From assembly GCA_004431415.1 (NCBI GenBank), contig QPMI01000005.1:248001-312000 (forward strand): a stretch of DNA of 64,000 bases, in the 5' to 3' direction. Shown piece by piece: positions 44,843 through 58,571 of the stretch (position 1 is its first letter; each line of letters opens with the position of its first letter). A model generated the notes under the pieces. The model saw nothing but the letters and a program-made list of their open reading frames with translations, ran no database searches and was not told the DNA's origin. Source of the stretch: Cyanophora paradoxa CCMP329 (taxonomy: Eukaryota; Plantae; Glaucophyta). The translations under genes were made by a program, and so were the position numbers.

Positions 44843-46364
44843 GCGCCTGTACCCCCGGCGGCCCGGCCCCGGCCCGGCTTCTGAGCCGGCCATTAGCGGA
44901 GATGTACTATGTACTAAGTGGGTTCTTTCTTTCAAGGAGTGTACTGCAGCTGTTCGGACGTGGATGCCGCGGGCCAGGCGCCTGCCAGGGAGCGGGTTAT
45001 AATCAGGCCTCGGCCTCCGCCGCCGACGAGCTGCAGGTGGCGTCCATACGGGACCCCAGAGTCCGGATGGTACCCCGCCGTTGCGGGCTGGGCTGAGCCG
45101 CTGAGCGGTTGGCCGTCCGAGGCCGGCGCGGCGGCGGCGGCGCCGCGCCGAGGCCGGACCGGCGGCGAAACCCAGGACCCTGGCCGGACCGGCAAGCTCG
45201 CTCGCGGCGGGCCAGCTGCATACATTACTCGAGGGACCGGAGAGAGAGGCGGCGCGGAGGCCTCGGGGCCGCTTGCGGGACCCCGCGTTGGGGGGGCCGG
45301 GGGGGGGGGCCGGGGGGGGCCGGGGGGCGGGGGCGGGGGAAGGGAGGGGGGGGGGGCGAATCGAAGGCGTGTGGGCCTGGCCGTCGCCGTCTCCGCGGAG
45401 GGCGGCGCTCTCGGTCGCGCGCGCGTTACCTGCCGCAATGCGCGGCGGCCGATGCGGCGCGTCGTGGCGCCAAATTAGAGCCGCCCGACCTCTCAGAGTC
45501 TGATCGGCCGCGCCGCGCGCCGGGGCGGCGCCGCGCCATCGCCCTTGCGTCGTTCCCCAGGTCCCACCGCCCCGCCTCGGCGCGCACCCAAGGCAAGACC
45601 GTAAATTTGTTGGTCGCCCATCCTGGAATAAACCGCCTCGGGGGGGACGCCGGACGCCGAGGGGCTGGCGGGACGGGGGGCCGAGGGGGCTCGCATCGGT
45701 AATTATAAGGACGCCCCAACTCAGGACCAGACCGTCGGACACCACGACGACGGCAGGGGTCGGGAGGTGGTCACGCTGGTGGAGGGAGACCCCGAGCGGC
45801 GTCGGCAGGGCTCACGATCACGATCGGCAACTTGCCCGTAAGGCTGAGGTCTAGCTATATAGCCCCTGAGAAGCTCCGGCGGCTCCAACAACGAACCTCA
45901 TTATTCGGCCGACAATGCCCCGTCGCGTCGGGCTGGTGAACTAGCCAGGCGTGCTCTTAATGATCACGACCCATGCCAGCGACCGCACCTGAAATCGAAC
46001 CTTCTCTTCCCCTTCCTCTTCCCCCCCCCCTTCCATCCCCCCACCCCCGGCCCCCCGGCCCCCCAGCATGCGGGCATCTCCCGGGCGATCATGAGCTTAT
46101 TATTTATCTGGCTCCGGTCCCAGTGGGGCGGGGTGCAACTAGCTAGCTATAGCCTGAGAGGGGACCGGGCCGGCCGCGCCGGAGGCGACATCGATCGCGA
46201 AGAAGGCGCCCATGGCAGCGGACTCCGGGAGAGCACCTCGAGGCCGCCCGGGGGCTGAAAACTTTCTGCAAGCTTTAGTTAATTGGAAAAGATTGCAATT
46301 GTGCAAATATATTTCTGTGATATGATCCGATTTCAGTACTTCCTATAGCTACTACCTCCTATAG

Positions 46365-49300
46365 CTACGGAGCCGCGAAGAAGGCGCCCTTGGCGGAGGA
46401 TAGGGACTCAAGGCCTCCGGGGGAGCGGAGGCGCGCCGCCAGGCGCCCCAGCCGCCGCGTCAGCTCCCGGACGTTCTCCGCGTCCTGAGGGCGGCCGTTA
46501 TAATATAATTAGGGGGCACAACGCGGCTTCTAGCGATAGTCGAAGCTCTTGGAGCGTCTATAGAAAGGAAAACAGAGGCCGCTAATGATCATGATCGGAT
46601 CGCGCTGTAGCTAGCTATAGGATCGATCCATGTCCGCTCCGGATATCATCTCTTATCGATTCCGCCGGGCCTCGGTCCGGCTCACCTGGGCGACGCAGAC
46701 GCGGAACCAGCCGGGCGGGCGCGCCCGCGTCGGGCCCCCGGGCGTCAGGTTCACCCGCAGCTCCTGCGCCCGCGCGGCGCGCCTCAGAGGCAGCTATTTA
46801 CATAATTATAATTAGGGGCCGGGGGCGGGCGGGCCTCCATGAAGTACTTGTAGAGGAGGTCCTCGGCCTGCGCCCCGCTCGGCTCCTCCGCCACGGGAAC
46901 CTGTGTCCGCCGCGGATCCCGGACCGCAATCGCAATTGCAATGAGATAAGGCGGGGAGAGCCATTCATATTCGGAGAGGAGTCTTAGAGAACGAATTTAT
47001 GACGCGGCTCGCCGAGGCGAGGCGAGGCGAGGCGACTTGCCGAGACGAGGCCTCGAGGACTGCGGGGCGGGGATTCGGGGGCTCGGCGGCTCGGGGAGTG
47101 CGCGGGGTACCGGTGTGAGACCAACTTCCTTCCAAGCTTAAGAGGAAGTTTGATGCGGCTCGGCAGGCCTAGGCCTAGGCCTGGCCTCCGGCGCCAGGGT
47201 CGCTTCAAGCCTTCTTCTTTGCGAAAAAGCGCTAGCGCTAGCCTAGCCTTCTTTCCGAAAAAGCGGGGCGGCCCGGCGGGGCGGGCGGGCGCGCGGGTCC
47301 CACATGAGGTTTAATTAAGCTCGCCTAAGGGCGGGCGCGGTCCACATTAGAGTCCCGCATTAGGTCCCACATTAAGCTCGCCACATTAGAGTCCCAATTA
47401 GGTTTATTAATTAATAGAGCGGCGGGGCGGGCGGGCGGGCGGGCGCGGGCGCGGGTCCCACCTTGAGGTTCCTGCGTGCATAGGCGATCGCGAGCGGGAG
47501 GAACTCCCCCGCCTGCATCATCACAAAGAGGCCTGCGCGAGTTCGCGCGCGTCAGATGGCAGCTCAAGCTTCTTGAGGGGGGAATGAATTCGAATCGAAG
47601 GGGGCAGCTCAAGCTTCTTAAGCGAAGAAGTCTTAGCTAGCTATAGAGGTCTTAGCGGGCGGAGCCTCAGATTCAGATGGCCGCGAGATGGAGCGGAGCA
47701 GAAGCGGAGCGGTAATTCAAGACCGGGGCACGAAGCTTCGCGGAGGCTCGGAGTGGGGCCGCACGATGCTTAAGTGGTCCAAGGCAGAGAGACAGAGGCA
47801 AGACGGGGGCCTAATATAAGCCTAAGCTTCGATCGCGGGAGAAGCGTGGGGCGCCTCGAGGGCTAATAAGTGCTCCAAGGCAGAGAGACAGAGGCGCGAT
47901 CGAAGCTTAGGCTTATATTAGGCCCCCTAAGCTTGCCCCCGCGATCGAAGCTTAGGCTTATATTAGGCTTAGACGGGGGCCTAATATAAGCCTAAGCTTA
48001 ATGCATCGCGACTCGACCGGGGGGGAAGCGTGGGCCAGGGCGCCCCTAAGGCAGCGCGGGCACCGGCGTGAGGCGGAAGGCAGCGCTCAGCGTATTAAGG
48101 CTTGTATTTATTAGGCGTAATTATATAAGACTAGGGCACCGGCGTGGGGCCGGACGAAGGGGATGCCGGCGGCCTGGAGCCCCTCGGCGAGGGCCCCGCA
48201 GGCCGCCCGCAGCCGCCCCCGCAGCGTCTCGAGGTACCTGCGGCGCCGCCCGGCTTAAAAAGGGCAAGAGTCTCTAGATGTTGTCAGGGCCAGTAAAAGA
48301 AACGTCTAGGCCGTTAAAAGACTCGTGGCCATCTAGACTGGATCTTGTAAGATCTTGTAAGGGCCATCTAGATCTAGCCTCGGTCCCAACTCTCGCCCGG
48401 GATCGATACGATACGATCGATACGGCGCCGCCCAGCTCACAAGAGGCCATGCGCCTCTAGATCATGCGCCTCTAGATCTTGTAAGGTTCGTTAAAAGAAA
48501 CGTCCAGGGCCATCTAGCCAGGGCCGGGATCCCGGCCTGCGCGGTGCGGTTCCGGTCCCGCCGGAACATCTACAAAGGAGCAGCTGGGGACAGCAGCTTA
48601 TAATAATTAGGGGGCGGCAAGAGCCGTCCCTCTAGATCTCTCGGAGTCTCTTGCGAGGGCATCGGTCGAAGTCCCATCGGGCCGGGGCGCGGACGAGTCG
48701 GAGTATCTAAAAAGGAGCAGCAGGGGCAAGAAGCAACTTGCGATTGGGAAGAGGCGCAGCTCGGAGGGAGCGCACCGGTCGAGCCAGGCGTCAACGTCGG
48801 GGCCGCGGAGGAGGCGGAGGACGGCGCGCTGCGAGAGCGTCGAGGGCGACGCGAGGCGGGCCACCTGCGCGGGCGGGAGCGGTAATAAGAAGACGGCTGC
48901 CGTTCAGCTGGCTATCTCAAGGGCAAGGCCGACAGTTTTGCCAGATAAAAAGAAAACCAAATGGCTACATTTCGTGAGGGCGGGCGGGAGGGCCAGGCTA
49001 TATAGCTAGGGCGGGAGGTCCAGGTGGGTATATTGGGGGGGGGGGGGAGGAAGGGGGGTACAACCTGCTGGAGGACGAGGAGGAGGCTGTAGTGAAGGCT
49101 GTGTAGCACTCCGACGCGCAGGCCGGATCTGCGACGGCAGGGGGGTGGGGGTGGGGGTGGGGGGAGGAGGGGGGGGGGGTGTCGGCGCGGCCAGCTCAAA
49201 GCGCCTGCTTAAACAGCCCTACGAGCTCAAGGGGCGCGGCCAGGGTACTAGTGCTAACTTGAAACTCGCCTAAGGGTAGAAGCGCGTGGGAACGGAAGGA

Positions 49301-51651
49301 ACGAGGCTGGAGGCTTGGTCAAGCGCAAGCTTAAGCTTAAGAGGAAACTGAAGACGGCGCAAATTATTTCGACCATTAAGAGAAACCTTAAGAGAAAGCT
49401 TAAGAGAAAGCTCAAGTTGGTGTACATTTGACAAGTAACAGTGTGCAAGATCTAAAATGCGCGCACGCGGCGAAGTCCTTCGAGAAGCCGTAGACGACGT
49501 GCGTGCGGGCCGCCGCCTCCCGCCCCAGACCCTCCGCCACCCGGCACGCCGACACGAACCTGGGCGCATGGGCGCGGGGGTACGCGCGCACGATCAGCTT
49601 CTTCGGGCTTGCGCGTGCACCCACCCAGGGGGGTGGGGTTGGGGGGGAAGGGGCGCGGAGGTGGGCAGAATGAAAGAAAGGTGGCGCGGAGGGCAGGTGG
49701 GGAGGGGGAGGGAGGAAAAGAGAGGGGGTGGGGGGGGGGGGGGGAGGGGGAGGGGGCGCCTTACGGAGGGGTCGTGCACGGAGAGGGCGTAGATCTCGTC
49801 GACCTGGGGTACAACGCTCAGCCAAAGGCTCAGGGGGTACGGGCCTCGAGAATTCGAAAAGAAAGAGGGGGAGGCCTAGAGAGAAGGAGGGAAGAGGGGC
49901 ACACGCGAGCACGAATGCCCTGCGGGGGGTGGGCGGGGGGGAAAGGTAGGTAGGAGGTAGGAAGGCGGGGGGGGGGAGGAGGTGGGGGGTTTGGGAGGGG
50001 GACTAGCATGTCCTGGACCGCGGCTCTGGGGTGTAAAGGGGGGAGGAAATGGAAAGGGACAGCGGCTAGGGGGTACGCACGAGGCAGTGGAGGTCTTCCC
50101 GGGCGCAGAGGGCGAGCACAGGTGCGAGCTCCTCCGGAGAGGCCAGTACCCCCGCCGGGTTTGACGGGTTCGAGATCATCACCAGGCGCTGAAACCAGGT
50201 TAGAAAGTACGGGGGGTACGGTGAGAATTGGGGTGCAGTGTGGCACCGGTCGGCGGCCGGCGGCCCGGAGGCGGGCGAGGGCATCGGCCAACGGAGCCTC
50301 GTAGCTCCCGTACCCCTCGTAGCTCGAACTCGAGCCCGTATCCCCGTCGTCCTCCTGCGGGTACACCGGCTCCAGCGCCACCCGGTTCCGATACGAGAGG
50401 ATCTGGGGGTACAGGGCGTTTCGAGGGGGAGAGAGCGTCGGGAAGGGGGTACGATGACCTTGGAGAAATTGGAGTAGTGGGGCGCGAGGCACAGGGCGAC
50501 GTCGCCCTGCCCGGGGGTATGAGAAAACCTCACGGGAGAGGGGTACGGCTGCGCGGACCTCGTCGCAGATGGCAGCGACCGCCGCCTCGATCACCGTCGA
50601 TGTACCCCCCATGGCGACGATCTGGGGTACGGGCGGCGCTCGGAGAGAGACAGGGCGCCACGGTACAGCTTAATACGAAGCGCCCACCGACATCGGGGTC
50701 GAGTTATACCCCAGGCGTTCGTTGAGGAAGGGGCTGACCGCCTGCACAGGGGTACGATTAGCACGACTGCCGGCGCCGAAAGGGGGGTACGCTTCGCTTC
50801 GCGCCTCCCTGAACTCGTTCGAGCCGTACCTGCGGGGTACAGGCGACTCAGCAAAGAAGCAGCGGCGGGCGGCAGCGGCGGGTCGGCGGCTCGATCTGAA
50901 GCGACGTGTGTGCTCATCAAGCTGAAGCTAAGCCCATAGCTAGGCCCCGATCACGGCGGCGGGTGGCCGCGCGCGCTGGGAAGAAGAGCGGAGGGGAGCG
51001 GAGGAGAAGGGCCGCATGGCAGGCCGCTACGCTCAGCTCGAAAGGCGGTCGGTCGGCCCAGGAGGAGCGGAGCGGCAGCTTCAGAGCGGGCCAGCGAAGC
51101 GCACCACTCGTCGGCGTACTCGAAATCCGTTCGCGCCGTCTCTAACGACCCGAGGCGCTCCTCGAGGATGTCGCCCACCACCTTGTTCTCTGCCGCCGGC
51201 GCGCGGGGCGTCAGCAGCGAGCCGCGCGGCGGGGTCTCTAGATCTTGGCCGAGTGGCCCGATCGGTTTCCGTGGATCTGCGGAGCGCGCGGACCTGCATA
51301 GCTAAGCTCGATGTATCCTTCGGGGTCCGCCGCGCTGTATGGGCGCCTGCGGCACTGCGCGCGGGGCGGGATCAGATCGGGCACGCGCACGCGCACGGCG
51401 CACATGCGCCGCCGCGCGCGCGGGGGCTCAGAATGGAGGCGACGTGCCTTGTACTCGCTCGCGGTGTACTGACAGGGTTCGTAGCCGACGATCAGGTGCT
51501 GGGCGCGCGCCGCGAGCGCCGCCTCGCCCTGGGCGGACTCCGGCGAGGCTGCCGGCGGCATGTGCTCGCGCGGCGATCGCTGGATGGCGATCGCTGGGGC
51601 TACGCGAGCTGCGGGCGGATCCGAGGTTCGGCTATCCGGGTACGTGAACAT
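46365..51651 (-). CDS. ACC-synthase-like PLP-dependent aminotransferase (class I/II), multi-exon; start approximate
   Basis: Ordered exons PYSAADPEGYIELSYA/ENKV, YGSNEFRE, GDVALCLAPHYSNF, ISNPSNPAG, VDEIYALSV, HVVYGFSKDF, GLRVGVLHS, AGIPFVRPHAG/LFV, VNLTPG..PGWFRVCVA. Confidence 0.85.
47771..47999. repeat. Intronic mosaic of direct and inverted ~30-bp repeats
   Basis: GGGGGCCTAATATAAGCCTAAGCTT(CGATCGCG) four times in +,-,-,+ order; CCAAGGCAGAGAGACAGAGGC twice. Confidence 0.8.
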
Positions 51652-52218
51652 CGAGCACCTGACGCGGATGAGTCCAACCACGGCGGCGACACGTGTAGGC
51701 GAGGAGCGCTCTGCTTCGCCCGAACGATCTTACAGAAGCATGTTCGCCTACATGGGCGGCATGTCGCCGCGGGTGTGCTTCACGGCAGAGCTCGCAGCGC
51801 GGGTGCGTCACCCCTAGCGTCATGCGCGAGGAAGAGAGCGGGGATAGCGCGGGAGTTCGCGCTAGTTGCATTTGCCGGAGCGCCCGCGTACACTTTCATG
51901 TCAAATGAGCCCTCTGCCCGGCCCCGGGCTCCTGCGGGCCGGTCCCGCGCCCTGACTGTCCGATCCGCCTCGATCAGGGACTCTCTGGAACTGTTGACAT
52001 TGCGCACGGATCGACGGGAGCGTTCGTCGTCGAGACTACGACTCCCGCCCGCGACCTCGACGTCGACGTTAGCGTTCACGTTGCGGAGCGAGACGCGCGC
52101 TCCGCGGCCGGTGTCAATGAGAGCGCGCCGGAGCCACGTGCACGCGACGGAGGCGGGCAGCCGTTATCCTGCCAGCAAGCCGCCCGCCGCGGCGAGGCAG
52201 CCGCTGACGGCGGGTCTG

Positions 52219-55200
52219 ATGCAGCGGCAGCCGCTGGCGATCCGTCCCAACGAGCAGCAGCCGCCCCCGAGCCCGAGCCCGCGGATACGTCCGCAGCGGC
52301 ACCCGCGGCTTCTGCGGCCGCCGCCGCCGCAGGGGACGCGCACGAGCCGATCGTACTCCGCGAGAGCGACTGCGCCATATGCTGCGCGCCGCTGCGCGGC
52401 CGGCCGATCCACGTCACCGGTGCGCATGCGCGAGCTCGCGCGTGGGCGCCGATCCTAGCCTAGTAGTAGACCTAGTAATAGTAGGCGTTCCCGCCTGAGA
52501 CGGGCTGGCGCAGAGTGCGGGCACCCTTTCCACGCCGAGTGCCTCGGGGTCGCGAGCCAGAGGCAGAGCGAGCCCCGCTGCCCCCTCTGCCGTGCCCCCC
52601 TGGAGACGCGCCAGGCCCCCCTCTGGGACGCACCCGCGGGCCCGACCCCGGCCCCGGCCCCGGCCCCGGCCCCGGATGCCGCCCGGTTCCTCGAACGGCT
52701 CCGTCTCCGCCAGCGGAATCGCGATCGCGGGACGCGGCTGCAGGGGACTGAGGAGGAGGAGCCCTCTTCGGCCGCCGAGCGGTCCGGGCAGCCGACCCGT
52801 ACGCCGGCCGAGTGGGAGAGGCTCCTCGACCGCGGGCGGATGGTCGGCCCGCGGACGCGGGATCGGCTCGCGAGGAGTCAGATTTCCGAGGAGGCGGCGG
52901 TCCAGGCCAGGGCGGGGGAGGAAGCACAGGAGAGCCCCCGGGAGGAGGAGCTACCCCCCCGCTCGCCGGCCGAAGCACCCTCTACCCCCCCTGGAGACTC
53001 CCTCCCGCTCTCCACCCCCGCCGGGGACACCCTCACCCTCACCGTCACGCCCGAGTTCTCCGCAATACCCCTCCGCATCTCCGTCCCCCCCTGCACCATC
53101 GCCGCCACCGTTACCGTTCGTCGCTTCGTTTCTTCGCGTACTCCCCTCTCCCGCCTCAACCCCCCCCTCTGCAGGCTGCCCCGCTATCCCCCGACGACCC
53201 CCGCCGCCCTTCGCTGGACCTGTTCGCCCCCCCCTTCCCTTCCCCTTCCGCCCCCCCCCCCCCCCCCCCCCGCCCCCCCCCCCGCCCCCTCCTCCTCCCC
53301 TTCTCTGACAATCCCCAGGGTGGCCGTGATCGACGTGTCGGGTTCGATGGCGGGAGCGCCCCTCCAGGTCTGTACCCCCCTTCAGCCGCTCAAGTTCATG
53401 CTGAGCTTACCTAAGCTCGAGGCCTCTCCGATGTGTGTGTGTAAGCTGACGCGGGGCGGGTACAGCTCGTGAAGCGGGTCCTGCACTTCGTCGTGAGCGC
53501 CCTCGGCCCCCGCGACCGGCGCGCCCCCCTGCCCCGGCCCCTCCACCTCTCCCCGAGCCCCTTCATCCCGCAGCCTAGCCTGGCCTAGGCTAGCCTGGCC
53601 TAGCCTGGCCTAGCCTGGCCTAGGCTAGCGCTAGCCTGGCCTAGCCTGGCCTAGCCTAGCCTATAGCCAGCCCAGCCTGAACCTCGAGCGTCCTTCTTCT
53701 TTTCTAAGCCCCCCGCAGGTTCGCCCTGGTCCTCTTCAGCGGGTCGGCTCGAACTGTGCTGCACCTCACCTGCATGGGTCCGCCGCCCCGCGCCCTCTCC
53801 CGCGCCGGCGCCGCGCTTTGTTAGAGATAGAGACTTAAGATTGAAGCTCTCTGAACTCGGATGACGAGTGAGTCGGCTTCTCACGGACCGTCAGGGGAGG
53901 AGGGCCGGCGGCGGGCGGCGGCGGTGGTCGATGCCGTGCACCATGAGTCTGGCACCCACATCTGGTGCGCAGGCGCTGCCGGGGCCCGGGGCCGGGGCCA
54001 GGTCCTTAGAGGGGGTACTCCTCGGAAAGCATTACTAAGTTAGGGGAGGTGCCTAATCTGGTGCGCATGCACTGCCGGGGCCTAGAGACCCCTCGCTCCC
54101 GGGCCGGGCTGCTCTTCGCTGTTGCTGACGGGGTCGCTCTTGCTGACGGGGTCGCTCTTGCTGCCTTCAGCTATCTATCTCGGAATCTATAGCTAGAGAG
54201 TGCCTATCTATGTGCCTTTTCCGCTCAGCTCTCCTCTGCCAGGCTGTTTCTTGCGATCGCTGTGGCTGACGGGGCGCGGGGCCGCAGGGCGGGACTCGGC
54301 GAGGGCCTCGCCCTTCTCCGCGGCCGCCGCCAGTGCGCCGGCGCCGGCGCCCCAGACCCCAGACTCCAGCTTCCGAGACTTCGGCCTATATATCTGACGC
54401 GGGGCGGGGCGGGGCGGTGGCAGGCGGAACCCGGCTTGCGGCGTGCTGCTGCTGACGGACGGCGAGGACACCGTCGGGCGCCTCTCGAAGTGAGCGAAAG
54501 GACGCCTAGGAACAGCACCTAGCGCCTACCGAGCCGCCCATGGCCAGCCTAGCCCAAGGGGACTACCAAGAGGGCGCTGGGGGGAGTCATCATCGCCTTT
54601 ACTTGCGACGCGCCCTCGCGACCCCCGTGGCGACCAGCTGACCGGCGCCGCCGCGCTCGCCGCAGCCTAGCGAGCAGGGCCTTGAATATATATTAATACA
54701 AGCCCTGCACTCTCGCTCACCTGAGTGTCCTGACTGACCGTCCTGCAGCCAGCAGATTGCGCGGTACGCCCGGGAGGCCCTCGAGGGGGCGGACCCCGCC
54801 GCGCGGCCCACCGGTGCGCGCGCGAGCGATGCCCTCCGACCCGCCGGCGCCGCGCCGCGCCCAGCGCCCAGCGCTCTCCACAGCCCCGCACATTGTTTGA
54901 GCGCTCCGCCCTGCACCCCGCCCCCCGCCCCCCTCCCACCCCCTCCCCCAGAGCCCCTCTGTCCCTCTCCATAGGACACCGCTTCGCTCCGCCCTGCCGC
55001 AACCCCGTCCCGCCCCGCCTTCCCTCCAGATCTCCCGAGCTCACGCGATCGGTCGGTCGCGGCAGTGCACACGTTCGGATTCCGGGCCAGCCACGACGCC
55101 AGCCTCCTCCGGTCCGCCCGCCCACCCCTCTCCGTCCCGACCCGCCCCTCGCCCCTCTCGGTTACCTTAGCGTACCCCGCGTACCCCTCGGGCCCGACCG

Positions 55201-55851
55201 GACGGGACCGGACCAACCGCGGGCGCAGGTCGCTGGCCGAGGCCGGCGGCGGCTCCTTCGAGTACGTCTCCAGCGGCGCCGAGGCCCGTCCCCGCTCCGC
55301 ACCGCCCGCTCCAGCCCCCGCCTCGCTTTGTTTGATTATGTACCCCGCGCCCCGCGGCAGGTGGCGGCGGCGTTCGGGGCGCGTCTGGCCTCCCTCTCGA
55401 CCCGCGTCGCCCGCTCCGCCTCCCTCCACATCGCAGTGCGCGGCGTCCTAGGCTTTACGTCTCCGTTTCTCACGAAGCGCCGAGCCCTGCAGGCGCGGGG
55501 CGGGGCGCGGGTGCGGCGGGTGCACCGGACGGGGGCCGGCGAGGCGAGGCCGGCGGGGGCGGAGGTGGAGGGGGGCGGGTACGTCCTGCCCCTTGGCGAC
55601 CTGGCCGCTGAGGAGGTCAGCCCTCCACCTCGCCATCCACCAGATAGGATAGATACCTAAACAAAAGACCGCTACCGCTCTATCGCCTTTTCTCCTCTGA
55701 CGGGACCGGCGCCCGCCCCCTGCAGACCCGGACGGGGGTGATCACGGTGGACGTCGTACCCCCGCCCGGGGCGGCCCCCGGGGAGGCCCTGGAGCTCCTC
55801 GAAGTATCCCTCTCCTACACCGACCTCCTCGTGCGCCCTGTACCCCCCGCG

Positions 55852-55882
<31 letters not shown>

Positions 55883-57845
55883 AAAGACTGCGTGCGCAGG
55901 GGGCCGAGGCGGAGGGGTCGGCGCGGGTTGTACCCCCCGCCGTGGTCCGGGTACAGCTGGCAGGGCCCGATGAGGCCCCGCCCCCGGTGCCGCCCCCGCC
56001 CCCGCCTGAGCGATTTTAACTAACTAACTTATTTATCTTGACTAACGAACTAGCTATCTTAACTAACTAACTTACTATCTCAACTAACTAGCTAGCTATC
56101 TTAACTAACTAACTAGCTATCTTAAATAACTAACTAACTAGCTATATTAAATAACTAGCTAACTAGCTATCTTAACTAACTAACTAAATAGCTATCTTAA
56201 CCAACTAACTAATGACTCAGGCGGACATGGGCGTGGACGTGCAGCGGGTCCGGGTCCTGGCCGCGGACGCCTTGCGCATCGTGCCCCCTACCCCCCTTTC
56301 CCCCCCCCCCGCATCGCCCTGCGCCCCCCTCCCCCGTTCTCCCCCCGCCCTCCCCGCCCCCATTCCCCCCCCCCCCCCCCCCCTTCCCCCCTGCCACGCC
56401 CTGCGCCCCGGGCCTCCACGAGCTCTAGCCCTCGCCCCGCACCCTTACGCGCGCCCCCTCCGACGCGCGGCGCCGGCCGGCCCCGCACGCGTCGCCTCGA
56501 GTCCGTCCTAGCTATAACACCCGCCTCGTCGCCCCACCCGCCCCGCCCCACCCGCCCCGCCCCGCCCCGCCCCGCCCCCTCTGACGCGCGGGGCCGGGTG
56601 GCCCGGGGTACAGGCGTCCGAGCACGCGGAGCATCGGAACTTCAACGCGGCGCGCGTCGAGCTCATGAACGCCCTCGACGAGGCCCACCCCGCCCCCGCC
56701 CCTTTAAATGTTTTAGGTCGCTTCAGAGGCTCAATTTAGATGATCGAATTATTAGGCAATTGTCTAGAATTCCTGGGTCTGGGGGCGCGCCCCGCGCCCG
56801 CCAACAGGCTACCGGGCCGCTTTAGGTCTAAAAGTAGGTCGAAGTAGGCCTGACGGCGGGGCCCCCCGCGCGCCTGACGCGAATTAGGAGACTCTGAGAG
56901 CAGGAGAGCTCCGCCCCGCCCCGCCCCGCCCGCCAATATATAGCTATCATAGTATAGTTCTGCTTTCAATGTTTTAGGAAGGCGAGATGCTTCTGCTCTT
57001 AGCTAGATCTAGAATTCCTTTATCTTGAATTCGTGAATTCCTGACGGCGGGGCCCCGCGCGCCCGCTCGATGCAGGTGCGGGCCTCGCGAAGCTACGAGT
57101 GGCGGGCCGCGCTCTCCGTCCAGTGCGTTTGTACCCCCCAGATTCGAATTCCTCTAGATCTAATTGTAACTCGTATTCCCCGTTTTTCAGGGTGGAGGGG
57201 GACTTGCGGCGGGCGCTGGCGGGGGTACAGGACGGGACTTCGTACATCACCGCCGGACGCTATTCGATTTCGGCCCTCCGTGCGCCTTGGCCCGCTTGAC
57301 TCTCGGCTCTCCTTTCAAATCAAAACGTTCAGTCGGGCCGTTGTTATAATTATTCAGCCTCCTAGGCCTGAGGCTCTTTTATTTGAGCCACGTTTGCCGC
57401 CTCTCCTCCTCTCCTCCTCTTTCCCCTTCTTTGCGCCCCTTTCATTTTGACTCCGCGCCCCTCGAATTCATCGTTGGTTCTAGCTATAGCTCGATTCGGC
57501 GAGGCCCGCCCGGCGGCCTCACTGAGTCGACGTCGCCCCCCCGCAGAGTCCTCCCACACGACGCAGTCGCCCAGCGTGGCCGCCCGCAGCGAGGTGCGCC
57601 GGCCCGGCCCGGCCGGCCGCCGCCCCCGCCCGTTCGCCGGCTCATGATCACTGAATTTCAGTGATCATGAGTCGCGGAACCTGCACTAGAACTGATCCCC
57701 CCCCCCCTCCCCCCTCCCCCCCCCCCCCCCCCCCCCGCAGGCGTACGGGACGACGACGGTGCGGTTCATGAGCGCGCGGGCGGTCGAGACGGTCGCCCGC
57801 GGGCCGCCGGCCACGGCCACGGTCCCGGCGCCTGCCGGGGTATAA
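52219..57845 (+). CDS. RING-H2 + von Willebrand A domain protein (WAV3/EDA40-like architecture), multi-exon
   Basis: CAICCAPL..ECGHPFHAECL..CPLCR; VAVIDVSGSM (MIDAS), VLLLTDG, VHTFGF..HDASLL, LAEAGGGSFEYV, LGDLAAEE. Confidence 0.85.
56017..56212. repeat. Intronic (TAAC/TAGC)n simple repeat
   Basis: TAACTAACTAGCTATCT units in tandem. Confidence 0.85.
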
Positions 57846-58571
57846 ATACCGGAATTGATACCCCGGCACGGTATTTATCCGGGGGAGGGAGGGAATTGAT
57901 ATTTATCACGGTATAAATACCGGAATTGATACCCCGGAGACGATTGCCGGGGAGGGAAATCCGATTCCGGCACGACGACGGTGCGGTTCATGATCATGAG
58001 CGACGACGGTGCGGCCCCGGGCCCCTGGGGGGCCCCTGGTGGGACCCCGACCAGGGGCCCAGGCCGCCCAGCTAGACCCATGGCCAGGACCTTGCAGTTG
58101 CGCCTTGGAACCGCAGGCCGCCCGCCGCCCGCCGGCGGCGGCGACCCCGGGCCCCCCGGCCGCCGGCCACGGCGCCTGCGCGTGCGACCCCCGACCGGGG
58201 GCCCAGCAAGATCTAGACCCCGGCCAGCCTGCAACCGAAACTGGACCGGAGGCCCGCCGGGCCGAACTTCGGAGGAACTTTAAATTTTGAACGCGGTTGC
58301 AATTGCGGTTGCTTGGGCTTGGGCCGGCGCGCTGGCGGCAGCCTATCTAGGCCTGGCTCTGTCTCTTGCGCTATTCCGACGGTCGCCGCTAGAGCTTTTC
58401 CGCTCGTCCCGCGCGACTTCTCTACAGCTAGATCTCCGCGACTAGCGTATACCGGAGTCCGGCCGCAAGCTCGTGAATCGCGATGGAGCTGTACTGTACC
58501 TGGCCGCAAGCTTCAGAAACACATTGGAGGGTGTACCCGGCCGCGTTTCACGATCACTGCACTTTGGCAGG

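Noticed and set aside
13208-51651. Sulfur/SAM-themed cluster (SAM decarboxylase, ATP sulfurylase, ACS-like)
   Set aside because: Genes are in different compartments, about 30 kb apart and interspersed with unrelated genes; most likely coincidence.
56017-56212. Interstitial telomere-like repeat
   Set aside because: Units are TAAC/TAGC without the G/C tract of telomeric repeats; lies inside an intron.
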